Of a DNA stretch of 64,000 nucleotides, positions 13,920-28,398 are shown piece by piece. The position numbers and the translations under genes were made by a program. How positions within the stretch are numbered: position 1 is the first letter of the stretch; each line of letters begins with the position of its first letter. Source of the DNA: Octopus vulgaris (lineage: Eukaryota); the NCBI GenBank assembly GCA_951406725.2, contig OX597827.1, forward strand, positions 2,232,001-2,296,000. Direction: 5' to 3'. Below the pieces are notes generated by a model. It did no database searches. It had not been told where the DNA came from and worked only from the letters and a program-made list of their open reading frames with translations.

Positions 13920-14592
13920 AGGAGGAGGAGAAGATAGGGGAGGGAGGGGGAGAGAAAACAGACAAAAAATATGAAGGAATGGCTGAGTGGAGAATAGGCG
14001 GAAGTGAGAGACAGCGTGAATGAGAGAGAATGAGTGAGGGAGAAAAGAGAGGAAGAGTGAGGGAGAAAAGAAAGAGAGAGTGGAAAAGAAAGAGAGGGAA
14101 ATGAAGAGATAAGTGAGAGAGAGAAAATGGAGAAGAGAGGAACAATGTGAAAGAACACGATAGAGAGAGGGAGAGAGAGAGAGTAGAAGGAGGGAAGAAT
14201 AAGAGAGGGGAAGAAAGACATAAGAGAGAGAGAGAGAGAGGATGAGAAAGACAAGAGAGAAAGAAAGAGAGAGAGAACGAGAGAATATGAGAAAGAGAAG
14301 GTGAGAGGGGGAAGGTGAGAGAGAAAGAAGGTGAGAGAGCAGGTGAGAGAGAAGGTGAGAGAGAGAAGGTTTGAGAGAGAGAGAGAGAGAGAAGAGGAGA
14401 GAGACAAAGAGAAGCGGGGGATGTAATGGCGGGTTTCGTCCATAAAAGTCGAATCAATAAACTGAAGTTTGGTCGAACAAGCAGTTTGAACAATATATGT
14501 TTCTAATAAATGTGTGAAACCTGCCAGAATTTGGTTGGAGCGAATCCAAAATTCTGTTAACCATTTATAAGTATGATTGCTGTATGGCCCAT

Positions 14593-14670
<78 letters not shown>

Positions 14671-14755
14671 GTGAGAGAGAGGGAGAGAGCGGGAGAGAGA
14701 GGGAGAGAGCGGGAGAGAGAGGGAGAGAGCGGGAGAGAGAGGGAGAGAGAAGAGG
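13920..14755. repeat. Purine-rich GA low-complexity region including (GA)n at 14594-14667
   Basis: Direct reading; explains the spurious 492-aa ORF. Confidence 0.9.
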
Positions 14756-15009
14756 TACGTGTGTGTGTTTGTGTGTGTGTGTGATGGCGGAGAAATTACC
14801 GTGTTGCTGACAAGGACACGAAAATGAAGACAAGAAATCACTAACTGAACAGAAATCGATATTTAAATTCATTAAACCTTGAAATGATGTATGTATGCAT
14901 GCATGCATGCATGTATGTGTGTATGTATGTATACATATATATGTGGGTATCTCCCCTTCTCTCTATGTGTGTGCGTGCGCGGGTGTGAACATATATACAT
15001 ATATATGTG

Positions 15010-15045
<36 letters not shown>

Positions 15046-15087
15046 TATACAACGTATCTCTCTCTCTCTATATATATATATATATGC

Positions 15088-15142
<55 letters not shown>

Positions 15143-15213
15143 TATATACACACTTATATATTTATTTCTATATGTATATATATGTACGCATACATGAATC
15201 TTATGTATAAGCG

Positions 15214-15282
<69 letters not shown>

Positions 15283-15960
15283 CGTATATATATACTTACA
15301 TATATGTGTGTGTATACATATATAACAGAAAAAATGTAACAAAAACTATATTACGAAATTAATAAGCAAATAACAGGGAAAAAAATGAGTAAAGAAAAAG
15401 GGAAATCTTGTGATAATCCTAAATTTCTGTTCAGCGTAAAAACGAGACGAATTAAATAGAAGAGTTGGAAAAGACCCAATAACTACACAAGTTGGTCGCA
15501 CATCTCAGTGACGAAGTCTCTTTTCAATCTATTTAGCCCTCCTCGTTTCAGACATTTTCTAAACTCATTTGCTTTTCCTTTAACGAATGCTATGTTGTTA
15601 TTGTTGTTGCTGTTTTTCTGCATACCTTAGGTCAGGTCGGTCCCATGGTGAAAAAAATAAGACCCAGTTACCAAAGTGTTCCAGCAGTGACCATCTAGTT
15701 TTTTATTCGACTATAATGGATTATAGACTACATAATTCAGCGTAACCTTCCATGCAGGTGTGGTGAATGACGACGTACAGGTATTCGTGCTGGCCTGTTG
15801 CTGTTGCTATTTTATTAGGCCCAACATAAGTTGTGATCAAGCTGGTGTTCTACGCACGACCTTACGTAGCACATCATTAGGTTCATCAAGCAGCTTTACA
15901 TTCATCAAGAGTCCAGCATCCGAGTAAATAATGAAAACTCAGGAAAGTTCGAAAGTGTGA

Positions 15961-16188
15961 AAGCGGCGAGCTGGCAGAAACGTTAGCGCGCTGGGCAAAA
16001 TGCTTAGCGGTATTTCGTCTGCCGTTACGTTCTGAGCTCAAAGTCCACCGAGGTCGGCTTTGCCTTGCATCCTTTCGGGGTCGATAAATTAAGTACCAGT
16101 TACGCACTGGGGTCGATGTAATCGACTTAATCTTTTTGTCCTTGTTTGTCCCCTCGATGTTTAGCCCCTTGTGGGCAATAATGAAATA
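15961..16188 (+). mobile_element. SINE family A, monomer
   Basis: Full head-to-tail match to the other family A copies. Confidence 0.85.
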
Positions 16189-16198
16189 AGAATTGTAT

Positions 16199-16530
16199 TT
16201 TCCTCCATGCTTGTTCAGCATCTACTCTGAGTACACAATACGAAGAGCATTACAAGAAGAAGATGGCATCAAAATACATGTCTTGCATATTTCTAATCTA
16301 AGGTATGCAGATGTTACTGCTCCGCTCACTAAGACTAAAGCTAGAATACAAGAAATGGTAAATAGTAAATAGAGTCAATAAGGTATCAAATATGCATTAT
16401 CTTTATCTCAAACATAAGAAAACAAAAGTAGTAGAAGAGAAAGTAAATGTTAACATCAAACTGAGCAGTGAGAGGCTTGAACAAGTTGAAGTGTACAAAT
16501 ATATTGGAGCCCAAATCTCTGAAACTCGAT
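16199..16530 (+). mobile_element. RTE-like LINE RT fragment, degraded
   Basis: PCLFSIYSEYTIRRAL..DGIKI..HISNLRYADVT and KKTKVV..ERLEQVEVYKYIGAQIS. Confidence 0.75.
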
Positions 16531-17540
16531 GTAAGTTTGTGCCTGTGAGTGTTCTAGAGATACTATCAAAAAAACACGTAGCGAGGTCGGCTGGCTGGCT
16601 GGTGCACATTTGATGTTTTCCCCTTTTCCATTTAGTAAACCCACTGGGAGTGAGGCGCAGGGATCCCAGGTCTTTATCAATACATCCCTATAGGAGAAGA
16701 TTGGCTTGCACGTAAAACCCGCTGCTCTGCTGAGCCGAATATTTTGCAGTTTGTTTGCTTTGGGCTTCTTGCAGCAAAAGCCTTTGCGGTGCTGTGAAAG
16801 CCGCACTCGACTTAAAACTCTTGCACGGGCTTTGCTTCAGCTTCTTGTGTTCTTGACATTTGAAGTCCCGTGGTGACGCGTAGAGGTCTGATGGGTTTGA
16901 GGTACGTAGCTGCCAGCCTGCACACTTGCGGCCCTTGGTAGATACAAAGTTCATTCATTTGGAGCAGAGATGACTTTCGCTTGTCCCAATGATGATTGAG
17001 CAGCCTATTTCAGAGACAGCACTGCTCACTCGTAAATCTGTAGGGGTTCTTTTTTTCAGTGATGGTGATGTTCGTCTAAAGGTTAAGCAACCATCATAGA
17101 TATGCATGTGTGCTACTGACAGGCCTCTACACAGACTCCGCCTCGCAATTTCCCTTCAAGGGGGCATTTAGCATGTAGAAGCTATTTAGGAGGCACAGTT
17201 GCCAAAATCACTTCTGCGCGGCTGGGAACGAACCCGAGATCATACAGTTAAGAAGTGAATGTCTTAACTACACAAGCATGCAAAAAAAAAAATTTACAAG
17301 AACTGACAGCCTGCATACAAAAACCGGGCGATAAAGAGCTGGATTAAGAAATAATTCTATGGGAAATGTTCTTCTTATTTCCATCGCCAATTAATCGAAT
17401 ATCAGAATTGATAGGCAAAGCACGGAGAGACGATCAGCATCGCGTGTTAGCTTCTACACTATCTACATATTCAACAAATTGTCAACAGTTTTTGCGTTGA
17501 TTTGTTCAAAGGTTATACACTCTCTTCGCCAGCTTTTACT

Positions 17541-17668
<128 letters not shown>

Positions 17669-17871
17669 CATACACATTGTTTGTTATATATATATATATA
17701 TATATATACAATACATATTGTTTGTTACGCAGTCACTCCTCTCCCTCACCGTCACCAAACTGACTGGCAGAAATTCATGCGGAATATTAATGGCATCAGA
17801 CTTCGCTGGTCAAAGAGAAAAACCGATAACCTTCAAGTGGATTGAATAGTGCACCTCCTTCGAATATATAA

Positions 17872-17934
<63 letters not shown>

Positions 17935-17970
17935 ATAGGGAGAGAGAGAGAGAGGGAGAGAGAAAGAGAG

Positions 17971-18021
<51 letters not shown>

Positions 18022-18424
18022 CAGTCAGATATACACTCACACGCTATGTACTCACACATAACATGTATATACGCGAAAATACTGTTTACGTCATAAGAAT
18101 TTTGTAAACTTTTGAGCGATCGCGAAAATATTCTTTTGAGGGAATAATGATTCGCAAAGAACATTACACATAACTATAAAAAATAGCATGGATAAGTTTC
18201 GTTGGAAAACCCCTTTTGGATAGAGAACGCTGAAGGCTGCCCCAGTGTGTGTTTCCTTTATATATAGTTACACTTACTGAAAGAGTACTCAATACATTGA
18301 AATAGTGTATCGAACATTTTACAAGATAAAACTTTAGAGTGACTTCGAAATGCTACCGCAATCTGACGAAGACATCGAGCGGTGAAACTTTGAAATCATT
18401 GCCCACATCAATGCCTGCCTGTCT

Positions 18425-18484
<60 letters not shown>

Positions 18485-18879
18485 CTAGCAGTATCGCCCG
18501 GCGTTGCTCGGGTTTGTAAGGGAAATAACTATATAAGCATTTTTAGAGATGTAAAGTATAATAGCCATCACAATATGGCTAACCACAAAGAGGGGGGGGT
18601 TACTGTAGCTTTTTACGTTCTGAGATTTAATAATAAATTTTTAGAGAGTTACTTCTCTTATATATGTCAAAAATGCATTAAAAATGGGAAAAGTTGATGG
18701 TGAATTTTTTTTAAATCGTAGACTCATCGTAGACGCGCGCTAATACCCAGAAGGGCTCGATATGAATCACGACTATAAGAACCCGGTTTTGGTTAAACTG
18801 CACCGCAAAATGTGGGATTAGTTAGGAATCTAAATCGTAGGAGACAGACAGCACACAACCTCACTTTCATATATAAAGA
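18485..18879 (-). mobile_element. Non-autonomous Helitron
   Basis: On - strand begins TCTTTATATATGAAAG.. and ends with hairpin CCCGAGCAACGCCGGG, then CTAG. Inserted between A and T within (TA)n, with no TSD. Confidence 0.8.
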
Positions 18880-18901
18880 TATATATATATATATATATAT
18901 T

Positions 18902-19166
18902 CAGCCCATCTATACTTGCTGTATAGATGGGCTGGACACGTCGCCCGGCTCACCGATAATCGGTGAACGCACGCAGTTGTAGAGTGGTACCCGCGTGAGC
19001 GGAAAAGACCACCCGGAAGACCTCCACGACGGTGGAGTGACGATTTCAAGAGGACGATTGGGATAACGTGGATGAGAAAGGCGCGATCCAGAGAGGAGTG
19101 GACAGCGTGCTGTGACCAGCGGTGTCAAATGGACGCCTGACGGACTGGTCGGTCAAAGTGATCAAA

Positions 19167-19170
<4 letters not shown>
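18902..19170 (+). mobile_element. RTE-clade LINE 3' fragment with snap-back 5' junction
   Basis: Translates RWAGHVARLTDNR*THAVVEWYPRERKRPPGRPPRRWSDD..W...AR.R.EW; short tandem tail (CAAAGTGAT)2; embedded in (TA)n. Confidence 0.85.
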
Positions 19171-19222
<52 letters not shown>

Positions 19223-19282
19223 TGTATTTATGTTTACACACGCATACACACACACACACACACACATCTACGTATGCATTCT

Positions 19283-19498
19283 TTTACTCTTTTATTCTTT
19301 TACTTGTTTCACCAGTCATGCTGGAGCACCACCTTTAGCCGAACAAATCGACCCCAGGACTTATTCTTCGATAGCGTATAACTTAATCTATCGGTCTCTT
19401 TTGCGGAACCGCTAGGTTACGGGGACGTAAACACACCAACATCGGTTGTTAAGCGATGGTGGAGGGACAAATACATACACACAAATATATACATACAT

Positions 19499-19542
<44 letters not shown>

Positions 19543-19583
19543 TATAAATATACATATATACTCACACACACACACACATACAA

Positions 19584-19626
<43 letters not shown>

Positions 19627-19776
19627 CAACGGGCTTCTTTCAGTTGCCGCCTACCAAATCCACCCATAAGGCTTTGGTCGGTTAGAGGCTATAGCAGAAG
19701 ATACATGCACAAAGTGCCACGCAGTGGGACTGAACTCGGACGCAAGTTTCTTACTACACAGCCACACCTGCGCCTA
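19283..19776 (-). mobile_element. Family B SINE
   Basis: Reverse complement of 59538-59960 with an expanded internal microsatellite (19470-19627). Confidence 0.85.
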
Positions 19777-20190
19777 TATGTACTTCCACAGATTTTCCAT
19801 CTACAAATCTGCTCATATGTGTGTGTATCTATATAGAAAGATAGATAGATAGATATTCATACACATGTATGCTTACACACAAGCACACACGCCCTCACAC
19901 ACGTGCATGTACACATACCCACTCATATATTTATTGATTAATAGGAAATTAGATTACAGATGCACATCATTGCCAAGCAGAAGTTTATGCATTTGTGTAC
20001 CGGTGAGAAATGCCCTTCTGGACCGAGAAAACATTTAGTTATATTAGTAGTAACATCCAATTTGCATGGTGGATTAAACCACATCATTTTTCCCTGACTG
20101 TTTCATCTCTGGTGAATGTGTTTACTTGTGTGTGTACGTACGTATAGTTTTGTGTGTGAATGCTTACGTGTATATGTGTGTGGTATACGC

Positions 20191-20224
<34 letters not shown>

Positions 20225-20867
20225 AAGATTTTTCATATATACTAGCTTCTTCAAACCACTTACAACTAGTATACCACTAAAGATAAAGTTAATTCTGACC
20301 GAGGATATATCAGTGACTTGTAGAAATCTCAGTTATGAGATTCCTAAATATGTAAGGGAATAATATAGGATGTTCGTTCTGGAAGCTCAATGCACAAAAA
20401 AGCCAACTTTACCTTTCCACACTCTTTACCTCTCAGGCAGAAATCGATCGTGGACAGACCTACAAAACTACGGATTTCACGAAGTTGAAAATGCCCAAAA
20501 CATACTATATGTGTGATGGTTCCACCAAGACCAACAGTATGAGTTGAAAGCAATAGGTCAAGCAATTTTTATTATAATATGGGTTCAGTTCTCACCGGTT
20601 AGTCTTGTTTAAACGTAGGCCCAAAGAGAAGGGAACTCAAAACTGAATTTGTCATACTTCAGATCGTAGTAAAATCCAAACATCCTCTCGTCATTTTCAT
20701 CATAATTTTTGGCATTTGTGCCACATCGCTGCATTTTATAATTCGATGATTCGATCATATTTCACTCTTATAATAAAAAGGTATATATTTCCACCTTTAA
20801 GTACTACAACAGAATCTAATTAGATTTAAAGGTGTGTGCACAAGAGTGTGTGCATGCTCATATCCTC

Positions 20868-20903
<36 letters not shown>

Positions 20904-21120
20904 AACACACACACTTGCACACACATGCGCACATAGGCACACAGACACACGCACACACACATATAAATACATATATATATATATATATATGTGTATGTGA
21001 GTGTATAAGTATGTATGACAATATACATATATATATGTATATATGACATCTAAAAACACGGTCTGTGTGTATCTTTTCAGACATACTATATATTAGTTAC
21101 AAATATGATATACAATACAC

Positions 21121-21173
<53 letters not shown>

Positions 21174-21230
21174 TATATTTAAAATGTTATATAATACGAA
21201 TATCTACGAATATCATATATATATGCATGC

Positions 21231-21266
<36 letters not shown>

Positions 21267-21497
21267 GTGTGTGTGTGTGCATGTGTGTGTGTGTGTGTGT
21301 TTGTGCATGTGTATGTGTGTGTGTGTCTGAGACTATCTCTGTCTGTGAGTGCGTGTGCATATGAGCAAAATAGCTTTTTAATATTCGATGGAAAAATAAT
21401 TAAATTTCACAATCACTCAGATATGGGCCAGAGGGAACTCGTCCTTAGCTTGATAACTTCACTATGCAAATAGATATTTATTACTATTCACACACAG

Positions 21498-21528
<31 letters not shown>

Positions 21529-22394
21529 CACAGACACAGAGGCACGCACACACACACACACACACAGTCACTGACACAATGTACGCATATACATATCTCT
21601 CTCCCCTCTATCTCCTGCTCTCCGTCTCCTCTTTTTCTCCTCTTCCTCCTCCTCCTCTCTCACTCTCTGTCAATTTACCTATGTATTTTTATCTCTCTAT
21701 ATATATTTATACATATATACATACATATATACACATACATATATACACACATATATATACATATATATATACACATACATATATACATATATATACATAT
21801 ATATATACACATACATATATACACACATATATATACATATATATATACACATACATATATACATACATACACACAGGTAAAAGGCTCTTGCACATGTGTG
21901 TCCTTGTATGTCCAGTATATATATATATATATATATGCACACACACACACACGCGCATATATATGTATACATACGCACAGTAAAGAGGATTATAACACAT
22001 ACGCAAACACACACAAAAGACAACTTCATGCTTGTATGTCATTGTATGTCAATACACGTGACAGCATATACGAAACTTTCCGTATGCGTACATCCGTCGA
22101 CGTAATCCTCCGAATACACGCTGACGTATGTTTGTGCACCTTGCATCGCGTGTATATTTCTCACCGTTGCGGATAGTTCGCTCTCGGTAGAAAGATGTTT
22201 TCTAAAGCAATAATTAGTTTTGCAGATGCTAAAGGCTAGAGTTGTACCGATATTTCTGATGCATTGGCAGCAACCATTTGACATAAATAGAATGGTGTTT
22301 TTAAAATTGAAAACATGAGGATAATTCTTACGGAAGAATATGAATCAGTATCCCTTAGGAAATACAATCATGCTCTCCTGTTTATATATGTATA

Positions 22395-22437
<43 letters not shown>

Positions 22438-22601
22438 ATGGATGTATATATATATATATTAATATATACATATATGTGTGCGTTTGTTGATTTGTGGCTT
22501 TGTCTATATGTGTGTATCTATGTATATGTGTGTGTATAGACATATGCTTGCATATCGATATATATATATGTATATGTATATATGCGCATCATGTGTGTGT
22601 A

Positions 22602-22657
<56 letters not shown>

Positions 22658-22799
22658 TGTGCGTGCGTTCATACATGAACCGAACACAAGTAGACTCGAG
22701 TTTATAAAGTGTTCCAGAAATTAAGGAAATCTTTATTCCAGTCACTTTGAAGCTAAGTCCACATACAAAATCATACTCACATATTCTAACACACGCATA

Positions 22800-22800
22800 C

Positions 22801-22897
<97 letters not shown>

Positions 22898-22936
22898 ATA
22901 GTAGTAGTAGCAGCAGCAGCAGTAGTAGTAGTAGTG

Positions 22937-22994
<58 letters not shown>

Positions 22995-23023
22995 CAGCAG
23001 CAGCAGCAGTAGTAGTAGTAGTG

Positions 23024-23060
<37 letters not shown>

Positions 23061-23093
23061 CAGCAGCAGCAGCAGTAGTAGTAGTAGTGGTAA

Positions 23094-23136
<43 letters not shown>
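22800..23136. repeat. (AGT)n/(AGC)n microsatellite
   Basis: Direct reading. Confidence 0.97.
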
Positions 23137-23137
<1 letters not shown>

Positions 23138-23184
23138 ACAATAATGATGGTTTCAAATTTTAACATAGGGCAGCAGTTTTTGAA

Positions 23185-23362
23185 GGGAGTGAGCAGCCGA
23201 TTACATCGACCCCAGTAGTTAACTGCAACTTATTTTATCGATCTGAAAAGGATGAAAGGCAAAGTTGACCTCAGCGGAATATAAGCGCAGATCATGAAGG
23301 CGGACGAAATACCACAAAACACTTTGCCTGGCATCCTAACGATTCTGACCAGCAGCCGCCTT
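23185..23362 (-). mobile_element. SINE family A, diverged
   Basis: ATCGACCCCAGT..GGATGAAAGGCAAAGTTGACCTCAGCGGAAT. Confidence 0.7.
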
Positions 23363-23414
23363 TCAAATGTCCCAAATTCTAGCACATGGCCAACAATTTT
23401 AATCTATCTGTCTG

Positions 23415-23493
<79 letters not shown>

Positions 23494-23702
23494 GTCCATC
23501 CTGTGATAACGATCCCTATTGATCGATTTTTTTCTTTTTCCTTTTATCCCTCCCCCTCTTTTTTTTTGCTTTCCTCTTTCTTTCCTTTAACGATCCCTTT
23601 TGATCGAAAACCAAACCCCTTTTTTTTTATCCCCATAAAGAAAAGCTCTACCTTGTAATTTGTCCCGTCTGTGTGCAGCCCTGTGTGGCTAATAAAGAAA
23701 CA

Positions 23703-23767
<65 letters not shown>

Positions 23768-24458
23768 CATATATGTATTATTGTAAAACAAGGATATTAT
23801 TGACAGTGACTTCGAAGTTTCGGCCAGTAAGTCATCAGCGAACTGAACATAAAACAAAAACCATTAATATATGTGAGTGTATGTGTGTTGGCGCAAAATT
23901 TTGCGACAGGTTAACTTATAGTGGTCGGATAATGTTGGACAGAGTGCAGAGCAGGGCAGTGCGATGAGTATGAGGCAACATAACAAGTTACGATATGGAT
24001 GATGATGATGAGGAGGAGGAGGAGGATGAGGACGACCACCACGGCCACCACCACCAACACGATGACGACGACGACGACGATGATGATAATGGATGACGAC
24101 GTCGACGATGACGAGGAATTCCATGATGATGATGATGATGAGGAGGAGGAGGATGGAACTGCTTAACCACGGATCGATTACAGAAACAGGAGAAAAATGT
24201 AGCCCCCATCCCCGTGGGGATCGTCCGGCAAGAAAGCGAAATTACGTCGTCGACACGGTTAGTGGAGAACTTAAACCATCGCATAATGGTAGCAGTCAAT
24301 AATAATAATAATAATAATAATAAGCTAAATGAATACGATAAACACAATAAAAAAAGAAACAACACGTTTATTACTCCATTACATTCCGGCATTCAAGCTA
24401 AAACAAGAAAGCATTTGTCGTAACAAAATTAATAAAAATATAATCTTGTATCTGTGTG

Positions 24459-24508
<50 letters not shown>

Positions 24509-24561
24509 TGATATATGCATATACATACATATATACATAAATACATACATACGTACATACA

Positions 24562-24593
<32 letters not shown>

Positions 24594-24645
24594 GTTATAT
24601 GCATATACAAATACTTACATATATCATATATATATATACATATAT

Positions 24646-24684
<39 letters not shown>

Positions 24685-24707
24685 TACATACATATATATA
24701 TACATAT

Positions 24708-24825
<118 letters not shown>

Positions 24826-25854
24826 TATGCATATACATATATATATATATATATATACACATATGTATACATATATATATATATACACGGAACCTGCTAA
24901 ACAGGCTCTTCTATAACTAATAAATGTAACAATAATATAAGTACAGCGCCTCCCCACCGCCGCGGCCGCCATCACCATCGCCATCACCCTCACTACAGCA
25001 ACCACAGCAACGATTACAACCACCTCTACCAATCAATAGTAACAATATCGACGACAACATCGGAACAAGATCAGCGACAAACTACGAACAAAAACCTCGA
25101 ACAATCATCGCTTATGAATAAATAACGAACAGCGTTAATACTGTTTACTCATAAAAGTAGTAAAATTAACAACAACACAGACAAACTCATAAACATACCA
25201 CAATCAACATTCACCAAAATACCACCCGATAACCACTGCCACTATCAGAAGGCCTGTTAGTAAGAACAGTCAAAATTCTTCTAAGCCGCTTGTTGTAGTC
25301 GATAAGAAAGGCATTCTAGGACTAAATTGGATAATGTTGTACATGTGGCCGCGCTTATCACTGATTCATTTGTCAATGATCCGAGATAACATGTTACGCT
25401 TAACTGTGAATTGTGCTTTGCTCATCGCGGATTGATCTGTGATATCATGGATCAGCGAGCAGTCGAAGATTCTGCTTCTATCGCAAAGACATGTCCAAAC
25501 AGCAGCTCACAATGTCCAATTACCCAAAATATACTAAGTATTGCTTTTTTTTTTCTTTTTTAATGTCATATGTGACCGTGTTGCGAGACTGAGAATTTTT
25601 ATGCACCCACCAACACTCGACTAGAGTGTAGAAAAAAATGCCAAGTCGTTCATCGGAATATGGTCATGCTCAGATACCACCTTGAAAGTGTTTAGACGGA
25701 CAAATCAACCCAAGTACTGAGTTTTTGTTTTGGTGGGGGATGGAGGGATTGGTACTTTATTGGTTTTATTTGCCGAACCGCTGGATTAGGGAGACGAAAA
25801 CAAACTAATAACCTTTATCAAACGGTGGTGAGATGATGACAAAGATATAAGATA

Positions 25855-25902
<48 letters not shown>

Positions 25903-26036
25903 AGAGATAATGGTGTCATTGAGACCCAAAGGTGTCAGATAATGCTGAATAAGTGCTATAGACAGACCATAGTTAAGTTCCAGATTCGGTAATATTGCGA
26001 ATAAAGGGTCCAACGTTGGTTCTATGTCAGCGTGTG

Positions 26037-26324
26037 TATATAAGAATCTTTTGCGTAATAAGATAAAAAACTAAGGCTGTATAGATATTAGATCGAAGGT
26101 CTTGTAGCTGTTTCTAGGATATTAATTAATAATATCCCTTCATCGAAGACGGTGTGAGAGGAGAATTAATTCATAGTTAGTTTAGATGTGATACATCGTC
26201 TCCGATGAATGGATGTTATTATTAATATTCTAGAAACAGCTGTAAGACCTTCTATCTATAAATGCTCTAATATCTATACAGCCTTGGTTTTTTTTAATCT
26301 TATTACGCAAAAAATTCTTATATA
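26037..26324. mobile_element. Foldback: inverted duplication of an HHR-bearing element end, both outer ends in TA
   Basis: Arms 26037-26155 and 26193-26324 are reverse complements. + strand HHR at 26198-26248: GTCT-CCGATGA-..GGATGTT/AATATTC..-GAAA-CAGCTG-TA-AGAC. Degenerate mirror copy on - strand at 26099-26150. Confidence 0.75.
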
Positions 26325-26375
26325 TATATATATAGCAATAATAAATCTCTGGACGAGATGTAAACAGTAACTGCA

Positions 26376-26470
26376 CAATAATGTGAGGTATACTAGCCAT
26401 CTCAATATGGCTAACCAGTAACACCCACCCTTAATGGTCAGCCATATTGAGATGGCTAGTATACCTCACA
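26376..26470. repeat. ~36-bp inverted repeat sharing a motif with the Helitron interior
   Basis: TGTGAGGTATACTAGCCATCTCAATATGGCTAACCA ... TGGTCAGCCATATTGAGATGGCTAGTATACCTCACA; compare GTATAATAGCCATCACAATATGGCTAACCA at about 18556-18585. Confidence 0.75.
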
Positions 26471-26481
26471 CACACACACAC

Positions 26482-26532
<51 letters not shown>

Positions 26533-27530
26533 CCATAAGATGAGTTTCAATACAGTTTACATTTGTTAATTTCACTCTTAAAGTATCGGTCAGTTCGAGA
26601 CTATAGGAGAAAACGCTAACTCAAGCTACCGCGCAGTGAAACCGAACTCGAAACCATATGTTTGCAAAACGAGTTTCTTAATCACACTGTCATGTCTACG
26701 CCTGTTTGCATGAATTATCCGTTATTCCTCTCGATATCTGATTTTTAAAACACTTTCAGCTATATAACACCACGACTACCGCCAGGTATTTGGGGTTAAT
26801 ATATGTTTCTACGTCATATTTTATGCGGTGTGCTCGAAATGCAATAATTATTTTTTCTTGTTTTCCTGTCTAGCCTTCCCAGTTCATTTAACCTCCATTT
26901 AACTATAAATTATTACTAGAATAACTTTTGTATTGATGTCACTTCACTTTTTGTTTTTGATTTTAGCACTGTTTAATTATTAATCTAAAGTGTCTGTAAT
27001 ATTCTTTTATAATCATTGTTTTTCATTTGCTTGTGTTGAACTACATTAAATTCGGTGGTTCTGTCGAATATCTAAGTCTGTGTCTCGAATAATTCTCTTG
27101 TTTTAATTTCTTTAACAAATAAGATATGAGTGTTCTTCAGTAATTTTCTTCTTTTCGAGGTTTCCCAAGCAAGCTTTTCTAATCAAAATCTTGGTAGAAT
27201 GTCGCTGGAATTATGTCAACTAGAACCACGTTCTCTTTTGCCCGTTTAAATTTTTCTGGGTTTCTTTTTTTTCTTTTTTTTCTTTTTTTTTTTTTTTTTT
27301 TGCAAAACTTGGAAGAGTGACATCCAGTTGTTTATATAAATTGTCATCATTTTCGTCGGGTACCACTTCGTGGTAAGGCTGAATTTTGCATGATCTCGTT
27401 TTCGCAGATTTTGTACATCAGTATCTATGTTCGCATTTCTCTTTCAACCACGGGCTGAATGATACATATTTCTTCAATTTGCATTGTATTATTATTATTA
27501 TTAGTAGTAGTAGTAGTAGTAGTAGTAGTG

Positions 27531-28078
27531 AGTGAAAGAGCGGTGCATACCATCAAAGTGACACTCGGGTAAAATATACGAAGCCCAGTATACCCATCAT
27601 GACTACACGTCTGATAAGGGTACACCAGGCACATGCATCACAACCATATGTGCGCGAAAGGGTGATCTCATATCAAAATTAATAGCGCATGACCTTCCAG
27701 GTGGGGCCCAGTTCGAATTTTCTTTAGGTCGAGTAGCCCACCTCGCTCAAAAGGTCACTGGATTAGGGTTGTTTAAGGATGTTGAACGAAACACCCATGT
27801 TTCCGATGGTGAGATATCCAAATTCCCAAAGAATTCCACTCAATACATAGCTATGATGCTCCGCTAGTACTTCTGCTCGTGGTCAGAGATGCACATATCG
27901 TCAGCCACTAAGGGACATGCTCAACTGGTTAAGGTCAAACAACTGACAACTGTGGTTTTGAGCAGAATATTTACTGTACCCCATCGTTTATACCAAGACA
28001 AAACAATGTACATGATAACACTTCCAATCAGTTAAGATGAGAAGCCATGAGAATCAGTGCCTGGTACTGCATCAGGGC
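27531..28078. mobile_element. Unclassified ~550-bp insert between TAA-type trinucleotide tracts
   Basis: Complex sequence bounded sharply by (TTA)/(TAG)n at 27488-27530 and (TTC)n(TTA)n at 28079-28185. Single copy in the window. Confidence 0.35.
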
Positions 28079-28083
28079 TTCTT

Positions 28084-28172
<89 letters not shown>

Positions 28173-28185
28173 CATTAGTATTATT

Positions 28186-28398
28186 AAGGCGGGAGCGGGC
28201 AGAATCGTTAGAACGTCGGGCAAAATGCTTGGGGGCATTTCGTCCATCTTTATTTTCTGTGTTCAAATTCCACCAAGGTCTGCTTCGCCTCTCATCCATT
28301 CAGGGTCTATAAAATAAGTACCAGTCCAGCACAGGGATCGAGGTAATCGACTATTCCCCTTCCATGAAATTGCTGGCCTTGTGCCAGAATTTGAAACA
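28186..28398 (+). mobile_element. SINE family A, alternative 3' tail
   Basis: Same head and core; tail ..TTGCTGGCCTTGTGCCAGAATTTGAAAC. Confidence 0.75.

Noticed and set aside
16688-16954. Cys-containing short ORFs as a LINE C-terminal zinc finger
   Set aside because: The motif is incomplete and split across frames; insufficient evidence.
26037-26324. G-U bias (6 of about 10 mismatches on +) as a sign of A-to-I edited retrocopying
   Set aside because: Polarising the changes with the HHR structure shows both A>G and C>T, i.e. ordinary transitions, and the numbers are too small.
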